In this document: piece by piece, positions 52,408 to 60,149 of the stretch
How positions within the stretch are numbered: the first letter of the stretch is position 1
Layout of the letters: each line of letters starts with the position of its first letter
Source: Microgenomates group bacterium Gr01-1014_16
GTDB lineage: Bacteria; Patescibacteriota; Microgenomatia; CAZETR01; Amesbacteraceae
Direction: 5' to 3'
Length of the DNA: 62,712 nt
NCBI GenBank assembly: GCA_007376345.1
Contig: VMGA01000003.1
Coordinates: forward strand, 1 to 62,712
Made by a program: the position numbers and the translations under genes
The notes under the pieces: generated by a model
Databases searched by the model: none
Seen by the model: the letters and a program-made list of their open reading frames with translations, nothing else
What the model was told of the DNA's origin: nothing

Positions 52408-55083
52408 TCACCTTCCAGAGAATACAGAGGTTATTCCCGAAGCCTTAAGAATAGACTGAATCTTTTTGTCCAGAGAATTATCCACGTACTTTTCCCCCGT
52501 CAATGGATCGACCACGTGCTTCAACCTCGAGTTGGTCATATTACTAATAACTGCAAAAAGGTAGGGTCGTTTTTCCAGCCTTAAATTACGAGAGTCCTGA
52601 TCTACGCCCAAACAATTTGCCTCAATCCACCCCAACGATTCGGGTGTATTAATATATCTTCCCAAATACTTCCCCACCTCGCTTCCCCTTATCTTCGCAA
52701 GCGCGTTTGCCAAATCAACTCCCCAAGCCTCTTCCATAGCTGAAGTGGTTTTTGCAGGAAGAGCCCTCTTTTTCTCATCCCCGGTAACATATTCATTAAC
52801 CGTCGTCACTGAACTCCACAAGTCACCATAATAACCCTTAAATTCTTGAGCCTCCACTTTATCCCACTGGATAGCCTCACCATTAATCAACCTTTCAGCC
52901 AACGAAGGGCCTCCTTTTTCACCTATTACCTCCAACATGCTCACAAACATCGTCTCCGGAAACGGTGTCATTCCAGGTTGACCTAGCTTTTCTCGAATGC
53001 TTGGCTGCATTCCGTTCTCAGCCAACCAGTTACCTAGCGACCCACCCCAGCTCTCAATAGTTTCAGCCGCTTCTTCATCAGTCTTATGAAGCTTCAGTTT
53101 AGCTTTGATCTTCGCCAAAGGATGAAACTCTGTTCTGACTTGTTCTGAATAAACCGGTGTTCCTGGGGGTAATTTTCTATCTTTATCGGCAGACTCTGCC
53201 AAATGGGAAAGAAATATCAAATTCCAAGCATTTGCCACCTTGCCTTCGGCCACCACTTTAGGTTCCACATTAAACATCCCAGCCTCGTTGGCAATCCCCT
53301 CATGAGCTATCAAGCCCATAGCAACTCCCTCTTTTGCTTTGGTAAATTTGGAAATATCACAAAACTCTTCCATTGCTTCCTTGTTTTTAAACCTCACCCT
53401 AAATGTTCCGTTCGGCTCTGGAGAATCGTCTTGTTCAAAATACCTCTGAACTAATTGCTCCAAAGCCTCCCTTCCCCCAGCCGTTTCGTAAAACTGCTGA
53501 ATATCCAATTTGCCAATTGCCGGAAGAGCTTCATTTTTTTGTACTGCCTCTAAATTTGTGGGTCCATAAAGTTTTTTAACATATGCGCCATTTGCCAACG
53601 ATTCGTATAGTTCTGCCTGGTCTTTCGCCTCTTGATCCAGCTCCTGATACCACCGGGGAGGAAAGTCCGTCCAGTTGGTATGAGCGGCCGATTGGCCTTT
53701 TATTCTTCTTATAAAATCACCGTAACCCGTCCCTCTCCCCATTGCTCTCTCCAAAGCCTTAGTTATTGCATCCGGATCCTGACCTGTTATTGGCGGCTGA
53801 CCGTGTGATACACCGGCTTCTCGTTTTGTAGTTCCCCCACTACCTCCACCGCCTCCTCTCAAAATCTCCAACGCCTTCAACATCGCCCCTTCTGCACTTC
53901 CAGCTTTGCAATACGAACATGCAGCCCCCGTTTCCTTAGGAGCACCACATCGACTACACGTCTTTTCCCTCTCCACAACCGCATTAAATTGATCCTCTAT
54001 ACTTTTTCCTTTCTTCGCCTCTGCTGCAATTTTCTCCATCGTCTCCCTCAAAAGTTTCCTCTCCTCAGTATCCCCCTGATTTCTCTCCTCTTGTTTTTCT
54101 AAAACGGTGGTCACTCTATCCAAAATCTTCAGCAGCGCCCCCTCTTGTCCATTATTCGCAGCCTCCGTAACCACCGACTCCGCCGGAACCGCAGGTGCCG
54201 CCGGCGCCGCTTCAGTTTCACTGGCTTCTCTAGCCGCCCCCCCCGCCGGCCTTGCCGATTCTACCATCGGTCTACCTTCTTCTTTCATCCTCCTTCCCAA
54301 ATTTCTGTCTGCTTCATATTGTTTCAACAACAAATCCAACGCATCCCCTGCCTTTTCAATTACAATACCAAGTGCAACCGTCGCCGCTTTGTCTACCAAC
54401 GGATTTTGCCACCACTCTTTTTCAGGATTTCCCTCCGGCGCCTGCCGCGCAGATGAACCGGTCGTCTCCTCTTCGTCTCTTTTATTATCACCCCCCCCGG
54501 CTTCTCTTGCCGCTTTCACCCTCATCTCCCACACGTTCATATCCCAAGTATCGCTATTGATCTGTCCGCTCACTGACCCCACCGCGTCAAGCACATCCTG
54601 TCTCGGGCTTAGGCTTCCCCGTTCATGTACCTGAGCCGCCAATCTTACCATCTCCCCCCCCACCCATCCCCCAACTTTATCAGCAACCCCACTTTCCAAT
54701 AATCCGTCCGCCACCAATTTGTCTAATATCTTTTGGGCCTCCCCTTCTGCCCCCGGCGCCGCTTTCAATAATGCTTTAGCGATTTCACCCCCCCTTCTTT
54801 CCGCTCCAATGGGAACATTTGCTAGTGCCGTCTTTGCCTCGTTAATTGCAATTTCAGGCAACCTCAGCTGCCCAGCAATATTGCTCACCTGCCCAACTTC
54901 ACCTCTGATCCTCGTCAGTTCGTCAGGATCCCCCCGGGCAGCCATTGCCTCATCCAGCTTTCTCAAATAAGGAAAGTCCATCCTCGCTGCTTTCACAAAG
55001 CCTTCGGTTATATCAAATTCCCCGGACTTGGGTGCTCCTTTCGCGCCATTTTCTTGTGGAGCCGTCATATTACTTGCGGGCAT
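52408..55083 (-). CDS. large (891 aa) hypothetical protein with no recognisable enzymatic domain and a central zinc ribbon
   Basis: Long uninterrupted ORF. CSRCGAPKETGAACSYCK (CxxC..CxxC), a Gly run, and Ala/Glu-rich linkers. No TM helix or signal peptide seen. Confidence 0.6.
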   Translation of the reverse strand: MPASNMTAPQENGAKGAPKSGEFDITEGFVKAARMDFPYLRKLDEAMAARGDPDELTRIRGEVGQVSNIAGQLRLPEIAINEAKTALANVPIGAERRGGEIAKALLKAAPGAEGEAQKILDKLVADGLLESGVADKVGGWVGGEMVRLAAQVHERGSLSPRQDVLDAVGSVSGQINSDTWDMNVWEMRVKAAREAGGGDNKRDEEETTGSSARQAPEGNPEKEWWQNPLVDKAATVALGIVIEKAGDALDLLLKQYEADRNLGRRMKEEGRPMVESARPAGGAAREASETEAAPAAPAVPAESVVTEAANNGQEGALLKILDRVTTVLEKQEERNQGDTEERKLLRETMEKIAAEAKKGKSIEDQFNAVVEREKTCSRCGAPKETGAACSYCKAGSAEGAMLKALEILRGGGGGSGGTTKREAGVSHGQPPITGQDPDAITKALERAMGRGTGYGDFIRRIKGQSAAHTNWTDFPPRWYQELDQEAKDQAELYESLANGAYVKKLYGPTNLEAVQKNEALPAIGKLDIQQFYETAGGREALEQLVQRYFEQDDSPEPNGTFRVRFKNKEAMEEFCDISKFTKAKEGVAMGLIAHEGIANEAGMFNVEPKVVAEGKVANAWNLIFLSHLAESADKDRKLPPGTPVYSEQVRTEFHPLAKIKAKLKLHKTDEEAAETIESWGGSLGNWLAENGMQPSIREKLGQPGMTPFPETMFVSMLEVIGEKGGPSLAERLINGEAIQWDKVEAQEFKGYYGDLWSSVTTVNEYVTGDEKKRALPAKTTSAMEEAWGVDLANALAKIRGSEVGKYLGRYINTPESLGWIEANCLGVDQDSRNLRLEKRPYLFAVISNMTNSRLKHVVDPLTGEKYVDNSLDKKIQSILKASGITSVFSGR

Positions 55084-55098
55084 AAACCCATTTTAACA

Positions 55099-55587
55099 TC
55101 ATTCTTTAACCATCCAGTTTGTTTCTGAGGAAACCTTGTCTGTCACTGGCGATTTTCCCTGAGTCAAGTCCACACCTGAACCAGAAAATCCCATTGTTCT
55201 CGCTTCTTTGACCGCTTTTCTCTTTTCCCACGCCTCATCGACAGCTATAGGGTTAGCAACTTTTTGCAAAGCCCAGATTGACACTGCTCCCAATACGGCT
55301 GTCGCTAAACTCTTACTTACCAAGCCGTTATCCAATGCCCCCGCATCCACTCCCCTAAATACAAAAACACCATCCGGGATAATTCCTTCTTCAGGTATTT
55401 TACTAACTATAAAATACATCGCACCGGACGCAGCCGCCCCCAGTAATCCCTTGGTCCAAGGACTGACTCTTGGATCTTTCACCAAATCAGCCGCTACCAT
55501 AATGTTATCCAAAACAAACTCCCCCAATTGATCTACAACTTTGGCGGTATCCTGAAACTCTTTTAGTATTCCATCCAATCCACTCAT
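55099..55587 (-). CDS. hypothetical protein, DUF1232(YkvA)-like membrane segment (tentative)
   Basis: LVKDPRVSPWTKGLLGAAASGAMYFIVSKIPEEGIIPD resembles the DUF1232 core. It lies 15 nt upstream of the 891-aa gene. Confidence 0.4.
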   Translation of the reverse strand: MSGLDGILKEFQDTAKVVDQLGEFVLDNIMVAADLVKDPRVSPWTKGLLGAAASGAMYFIVSKIPEEGIIPDGVFVFRGVDAGALDNGLVSKSLATAVLGAVSIWALQKVANPIAVDEAWEKRKAVKEARTMGFSGSGVDLTQGKSPVTDKVSSETNWMVKE

Positions 55588-55618
55588 CCCCCAAATCTAC
55601 CACAATACTACAGGATAG

Positions 55619-55813
55619 TCAAGACTTTTGCTTCAATGATTTCCTTACCTCATTTAGTCCAAGTGCAACCAACCCCACCCCCAAAGCTAGCTTCTTTCGA
55701 TTCTCCCACGCAAGTCTAGCCAAATTTTCAAGCTTAAATATAAAAATATTCGCCCTATCTCTCACCTCAGCCCTCAATTCCCCATTTTTCCGCCAAGCCT
55801 CAAATTTTTCCAT
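55619..55813 (-). CDS. small hypothetical protein with a C-terminal TM helix
   Basis: 64 aa, KKLALGVGLVALGL. It is tightly packed within the operon. Confidence 0.35.
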   Translation of the reverse strand: MEKFEAWRKNGELRAEVRDRANIFIFKLENLARLAWENRKKLALGVGLVALGLNEVRKSLKQKS

Positions 55814-55819
55814 AAACTA

Positions 55820-56173
55820 CTATTTATCAGCCAACAATAAAGCAAGATACGCTCCTCCACTACAAAGAGCACACGCCCCGAGCGAACACCCCAAAGCCAC
55901 CTCCGCCAACGTCCTGCCACACCCTTTCTTCTTTTCTACTTTCGGCATCTCAACTGGAGCTGCGTGACTTCTGTGCGTTACCCGATGAACTGAATCGCTC
56001 ACTGCTTCCGCTGCCCCACCCAACACCGCCTGGGCTTTTAATTTCAGTGCCTCCAATGGTTCAAAAATAAATCTTTCGTACTCTTCGTTAGTCAAAGTTC
56101 CCTGACTAAAATCAGCCGCTTCACCTGGAAACATATGAAAAACGTGATCCGGAGGATATTCCTTTCTTTTCAT
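55820..56173 (-). CDS. small hypothetical protein with a Cys-rich C-terminal TM helix
   Basis: Start moved to MKRKEYPPDH, because the upstream codons are the translated 22-bp repeat motif. C-terminus GCGRTLAEVALGCSLGACALCSGGAYLALLL. Confidence 0.4.
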   Translation of the reverse strand: MKRKEYPPDHVFHMFPGEAADFSQGTLTNEEYERFIFEPLEALKLKAQAVLGGAAEAVSDSVHRVTHRSHAAPVEMPKVEKKKGCGRTLAEVALGCSLGACALCSGGAYLALLLADK

Positions 56174-56208
56174 TTCGCAATAATATACTATCGGTCGGAT
56201 TTTCGCAA

Positions 56209-56415
56209 CCCCTTCCCACACTACAGGCCGCAACGATTTTTCAACCTAGGGCGCACCAAACCCCGAACCAGGAGCGTCGAATAGCGCCGTGCCCGCCAAA
56301 GAGTCGCTCCGTGAGCCGCAGTTCAAATGAACTAAGGCGAACGGTAAGATCTGGCGGGAGTGTGAGGGCGTCCTTTTTTCCGTCCGCTATTTTGGACGAG
56401 CAAAAAAGCGGACAA
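56209..56415 (+). repeat. non-coding module of about 200 bp, copy A (22-bp motif ... conserved stem-loop 56382-56413)
   Basis: Shares cccgaaccaggagcg and gagtgtgagggcgtccttttttccgtc.gct.ttttggacgagcaaaaaagcggacaaa with copy B. Confidence 0.65.
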
Positions 56416-56444
56416 ATCAAATCCAAAGATGATATTCTAAATTA

Positions 56445-56753
56445 ATGGAGATTAATACTCCACCGGAAGTAGACAAATTTTTTAAATCCCTCGAAAAACC
56501 TACTCGCTCCAAACTGCTTCGGACTCTTGATCTTCTCCTTGTCTTTGGTTCCACTCTCGGACTACCCCACTCCAAAAAACTTGCCCCAGATCTTTATGAA
56601 CTTCGCATTCGCGGTCAGCAAGAAATCCGAGTTTTTTACACTCTCAGTAATAATCAGGTCTTTTTACTCCACGGTTTTGTCAAAAAAACCCAAAAAACAC
56701 CACCGCAAGAGCTGGCCAAAGCTCAAAAACTTCTTCAAACCCTTGACGTATAA
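56445..56753 (+). CDS. Gp49/HigB-like RelE-superfamily toxin
   Basis: LYELRIRGQQEIRVFY..FLLHGFVKKTQKTPPQE. It is a paralogue of 4000..4347. Confidence 0.75.
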   Translation: MEINTPPEVDKFFKSLEKPTRSKLLRTLDLLLVFGSTLGLPHSKKLAPDLYELRIRGQQEIRVFYTLSNNQVFLLHGFVKKTQKTPPQELAKAQKLLQTLDV

Positions 56754-56776
56754 CATATCTGTGATATCATCATCCT

Positions 56777-57055
56777 ATGAAATATAAAAGTTACACAACA
56801 CTCAAACGCGAATTGCTTTCTGACCCAGAGGTTAAAGCGGAATATGTTCGACTTGAGCCGGAATATAAGCTAATTGAACAAATCATCCGTAAACGCATCC
56901 AAAAAAGCCTTACCCAGTCTCAATTGGCCAAACTTGCCGGCACCAAACAAAGTGCCATTTCCCGTCTGGAATCTGGATCATACAATCCTAGTCTCAATTT
57001 TCTCCAAAAAATATCCCACGCCCTCAATTCCCAACTCCAAATAATTCTGAACTAA
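56777..57055 (+). CDS. XRE-family HTH antitoxin (HigA-like)
   Basis: LTQSQLAKLAGTKQSAISRLESGSYNPSLNFLQKISHAL. Confidence 0.8.
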   Translation: MKYKSYTTLKRELLSDPEVKAEYVRLEPEYKLIEQIIRKRIQKSLTQSQLAKLAGTKQSAISRLESGSYNPSLNFLQKISHALNSQLQIILN

Positions 57056-57060
57056 CCCCG

Positions 57061-57272
57061 CCCTCCCCACACTACAGGCTGCAGCGATTTTTCCTATCTA
57101 TTCGTTTCTACCCGCAAGTGGGAGCGTTAAACGCAAAATTCAAAAACACCTTGCTTGGTGAGGGCGTAATATAAACCCTGAACATAATCAATTTTTGAAT
57201 TTTGCGTAGCGAGCCTTGCGGCGTGCTTTCTTTGGTTCATTTCTTTCGCACGAGCAAAGAAATGAACAAAAA
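57061..57272 (+). repeat. non-coding module of about 200 bp, copy C (22-bp motif ... stem-loop 57235-57267)
   Basis: Same architecture as copies A and B, but the stem sequence differs (GTTCATTTCTTT/AAAGAAATGAAC) around a loop ending ACGAGC. Confidence 0.55.
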
Positions 57273-57274
57273 CA

Positions 57275-57532
57275 TCACTTCTTCCCCAACCCCTCATCAT
57301 GCATTCCAATCGTCTTCAAAACCAATTGTTCTCCCACAAACTCAAACGTAAATCGATAGTGAATATCTACTCTTGCTTCCCAAGTTGTCTCCGACTTTTT
57401 CTTCGTGTGCAACGACGGATGGCGAAAATCGCCCTGCATCAATCTCATCTGTTTCAAAAACTTTTTCTGGATCTCCCTCGGTAATCTGGAAAACTTCTTA
57501 TCAAACCCGCCGGTTCGAACAAAACTCCACAT
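57275..57532 (-). CDS. RelE/ParE-superfamily toxin
   Basis: 85 aa. F.KKFSRLPREIQKKF...WEARVDIHYRFTFEFVGEQLVLKTIGMHD follows the RelE-fold pattern. Confidence 0.6.
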   Translation of the reverse strand: MWSFVRTGGFDKKFSRLPREIQKKFLKQMRLMQGDFRHPSLHTKKKSETTWEARVDIHYRFTFEFVGEQLVLKTIGMHDEGLGKK

Positions 57533-57534
57533 AT

Positions 57535-57789
57535 CTACAATCCGAACTTCTTCTCCATTGCCTTAACTAAATCGTCTATCGACGCATGCTCTGTATACCT
57601 CCCCGCCCGATAGTCTTCCATTGCCAGTTCGTCTTCCTTCACCCACCACTCTTCCGTCCCCTCCCTAGCCGGCAGCGCCCGCACAATCTTTTTATACAAC
57701 TTCTCCACCGCTTCCCGCACAACAACCACCTCCCGATACAAGGACATAGCATCATCAGCCTTAGAAATATTCACTGTTTTCCCATTCAT
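57535..57789 (-). CDS. putative antitoxin of the downstream RelE-like toxin
   Basis: 84 aa, 2-nt gap to the toxin. No family recognised. Confidence 0.45.
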   Translation of the reverse strand: MNGKTVNISKADDAMSLYREVVVVREAVEKLYKKIVRALPAREGTEEWWVKEDELAMEDYRAGRYTEHASIDDLVKAMEKKFGL

Positions 57790-57820
57790 AAAACCATTAT
57801 ACTACACCAGAAAAAATCCT

Positions 57821-57842
57821 CCCCTCCCCACACTACAGGCCG
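57821..57842 (-). promoter_or_regulatory. 22-bp conserved motif (minus strand CGGCCTGTAGTGTGGGGAGGGG) followed by TAGTATAAT and the ATG of 57535..57789
   Basis: One of six copies (56209, 57061, 57821, 58728, 59531, 60164). In five of them a -10-like box and a start codon lie downstream on the minus strand (within 40 nt in four copies, about 110 nt in the 59531 copy); the 57061 copy has no downstream minus-strand gene. Confidence 0.45.
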
Positions 57843-57868
57843 CAAGATAGTTTCGACTCTTCTGATTA

Positions 57869-57907
57869 TCCCTCTCCAAAATTTTGGAGAGGGATCAAGG
57901 GTGAGAT
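57869..57907 (+). repeat. palindromic hairpin element (E10)
   Basis: tccctctccaaaattttggagagggatcaagggtgagata, just after the HEPN stop. Confidence 0.7.
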
Positions 57908-57915
57908 AAACTCCC

Positions 57916-58389
57916 TTACTTCTCCTCATCCAATTTTTTCATTTCTTCTTCTACTTTTTCATTCTCGCTTCTTACCATCTCTTCCGTCACCTCCCCGGAG
58001 ACACCCAACTTCTTTCTAATTTCAACCTGGACAGCCTCGGCCGCAACCAGCGCTTCTTTCGCTTGATCTTTTGTTGTCACTACAAACTTTTCATCTGGAT
58101 ACCGCGGCTCAATATAAAACCCATCTAAAAAATCGCATTTTGGTCTCAACACACGAAGTTTCTCATCGCCAGCCGAACAAATCTCAAGTAATTCAACCAG
58201 GTCGTGTGTTTTTGTAAACTTGAGTTTCCTTCCCACTACAAAAGCCTTCAGGTACTTTTCCGCAGCTTGCTGGAACATAAAGCAAATTTGATCATAATAG
58301 GGCTGTTCGGACTCAAACGTCGTTTTAGCAAAACCAAAATCTTGGTCTGCTTTATACAACCACTCCCACACCACCAGTCTATGTGCCAT
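57916..58389 (-). CDS. HEPN-domain protein
   Basis: Start at MAHRLVVWEW. ...FQQAAEKYLKAF..THDL..L...YIEPRYPD contains the HEPN R-x4-6-H-type context. It overlaps the upstream MNT by 11 nt. Confidence 0.7.
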   Translation of the reverse strand: MAHRLVVWEWLYKADQDFGFAKTTFESEQPYYDQICFMFQQAAEKYLKAFVVGRKLKFTKTHDLVELLEICSAGDEKLRVLRPKCDFLDGFYIEPRYPDEKFVVTTKDQAKEALVAAEAVQVEIRKKLGVSGEVTEEMVRSENEKVEEEMKKLDEEK

Positions 58390-58702
58390 AAAGCACTTTC
58401 CCCTGATCAAAGACAGATAACACAAATGGATCTTCAAGATACAGTCTTTTTTTCAACTCTTTCGGACTATAAACCAGCGCATCAACTGCTGTATCGTCCG
58501 GCAATAGCCCACGCACCTCCACATGCCTATCGTGAACTGGCACGTCATCCACCCCGTCTTTAATAATCAACAAGTCAAAATCACTGTCTTCCCCAAAGTC
58601 TCCTCGAGCCATCGATCCGAACAAGATTACCTTCTCTGGTCTATAACCTCTAACCAGAGTATCGACCACTCTATCCAACTTAATTTTAATATCCCCAGGC
58701 AT
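58379..58702 (-). CDS. MNT-type nucleotidyltransferase (antitoxin-like partner of HEPN)
   Basis: LFGSMARGDFGEDSDFDLLII (GS-x10-DxD). Confidence 0.8.
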   Translation of the reverse strand: MPGDIKIKLDRVVDTLVRGYRPEKVILFGSMARGDFGEDSDFDLLIIKDGVDDVPVHDRHVEVRGLLPDDTAVDALVYSPKELKKRLYLEDPFVLSVFDQGKVLYGT

Positions 58703-58727
58703 GCAAAAATTATAACAGAAATCCTAA

Positions 58728-58860
58728 CCCCTCCCCACACCACAGGCCGGATGAATAATGTGTCTCTTCTAATTAGCCCTCTCCTGAAATCAGGAGAGGG
58801 ACGAAGGGTGAGGTACAGGGCGGGTGAGGTAAACCCCCAACCTATATCTGCACCCCATAC
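58728..58860 (+). repeat. 133-bp composite repeat, copy A (22-bp motif plus palindromic element E11 plus tail)
   Basis: Nearly identical to 60164..60296 apart from a few mismatches near the 5' end. Its right end abuts a truncated MNT gene. Confidence 0.8.
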
Positions 58861-59080
58861 CATTAACTGACAATCCACGTAACTCCATTTCCTCATCCAA
58901 ATAATTCTTCCCAAAAAATCGTGAAACGATACACACATCAATGTCGCTGCTTTCGTCATCCCGACCCTTAGCAAACGATCCAAAAACATAAGCCTTATCC
59001 ACCGGATATTTTTTACCTACAACTGCGACAAACCTCTTAGCTGCTCCAATCGCGTCCTGTCTACTCATTTTTGCCTCCAA
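58790..59080 (-). pseudogene. MNT-type nucleotidyltransferase with its C-terminus replaced by a repeat element
   Basis: VFGSFAKGRDDESSDIDVCIV is intact. From about residue 74 onward the ORF reads through the 133-bp repeat (58728..58860): GMGCRYRLGVYLTRPVPHPSSLS. Confidence 0.55.
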
Positions 59081-59414
59081 ACAACGACAACAAATAATCC
59101 CGCAAGCTGCTAGATTTATTCATCCAGATATCAACAAACTCCTTAGTCGCTCCTTTTCGAAAACTTCTTTTATAATCATCGTATCTGGCATTAATATTAA
59201 AAGTCGAAATCTTTTTCAGATCTTTACCCGTTTCGTTCTCTGTTTCCAAACCCACTTTTTTAGCTAACAATGTCAAGTCATGTGTCATCAACGGATGATC
59301 GTCTTTTTTGTAGTAATGCAAAGCCTTAAGAATCTTTTCTAATGACAACTGCGCAAAAAATAGCGCATTATGCAAATCCTTCCCTGATTTCCACACCACC
59401 TTAGCTTTTTTCAT
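59061..59414 (-). CDS. HEPN-domain protein
   Basis: LFFAQLSLEKILKAL...THDLTLLA...INARYDDY. Confidence 0.7.
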   Translation of the reverse strand: MKKAKVVWKSGKDLHNALFFAQLSLEKILKALHYYKKDDHPLMTHDLTLLAKKVGLETENETGKDLKKISTFNINARYDDYKRSFRKGATKEFVDIWMNKSSSLRDYLLSLFGGKNE

Positions 59415-59530
59415 ACACTCATTATAGCCGCCACGCTCAATAATAACAAAAGTGGCGGATATATACCCGTCGAAATGCGTTCATACGCATAACATTTACC
59501 TCATGATGGGTATATACCAGAAAATCCTAA

Positions 59531-59748
59531 CCCCTCCCCACACTACAGGCCGCAATGATTTTTCAATCTAAGACCCGAACCCCGAACCAGGAGCGCAATG
59601 AGCGCGAGCAAAGTTCAATGCTTGGCGAAGAACGTAATACAAACTTCGAGCATAACTGCTTTGTAAAGCGCGAATAGCGAGTGTGAGGGCGTCCTTTTTT
59701 CCGTCTGCTTTTTTGGACGAGCAAAAAAGCGGACAAAACGATCTACTT
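59531..59748 (+). repeat. non-coding module of about 200 bp, copy B (22-bp motif ... stem-loop 59703-59734)
   Basis: See copy A. It lies between a degraded toxin stop and the HEPN gene 59061..59414. Confidence 0.65.
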
Positions 59749-60136
59749 CTTCCCCAATCCCTCGTCATGCATTCCCACCACTTCCAACACCATTTTGCCC
59801 TCCATTTCCCTTCCCCTCATTCGATAATGCAAATCCACCCTAAATTCCCACACTTCGGAATTTCCCATTCTTTTTGCCCCCAATCCCGGATGACTCATGT
59901 TTGTCTGAATAAATCCTACTGCTTTTTTCGCCTTCTTCCCTACCGGCCTCAATATCCTCCTGAGACAACAACTGCTCCCGTTCCCACCACGCCTCACTTC
60001 TCTCTTTCAAAAAGCCGTCGGGCAGGGACTTCAAAAGCCACGTTTTCAGTTCTCTAACCACCGCCCCGCTCGGCCGCTTGGCCGCCAAAAAATCCACCGC
60101 TATTCTTTTACCAATTGTCACATTCAAAGTGTCCAT
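59743..60136 (-). pseudogene. degraded paralogue of the 57275..57789 antitoxin-toxin pair (internal deletion/fusion)
   Basis: The antitoxin-like N-part (EAWWEREQLLSQEDIEAGR) and the toxin-like C-part (VWEFRVDLHYR...VLEVVGMHDEGLGKK) are in different overlapping frames. The antitoxin C-terminus and the toxin N-terminus are both missing. Confidence 0.5.
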
Positions 60137-60149
60137 ACTCCAAAGTATA

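Noticed and set aside
53950-54010. Walker-A-like string AEAKKGKS in the 891-aa protein.
   Set aside because: It matches [AG]x4GK[ST] only formally. It lies in a charged, coiled-coil-like stretch (RETMEKIAAEAKKGKSIEDQF) with no preceding beta-strand and no Walker B motif. It is probably fortuitous.
56241-59768. Small ORFs 56241..56426, 57127..57309 and 59568..59768 (minus) inside the repeated modules of about 200 bp.
   Set aside because: Similarity between the copies is confined to the DNA hairpin region (CPLFCSSK.ADGKKDALTL). The rest of each copy is in a different frame with unrelated residues. This indicates conservation at the nucleotide or structure level, not protein coding.
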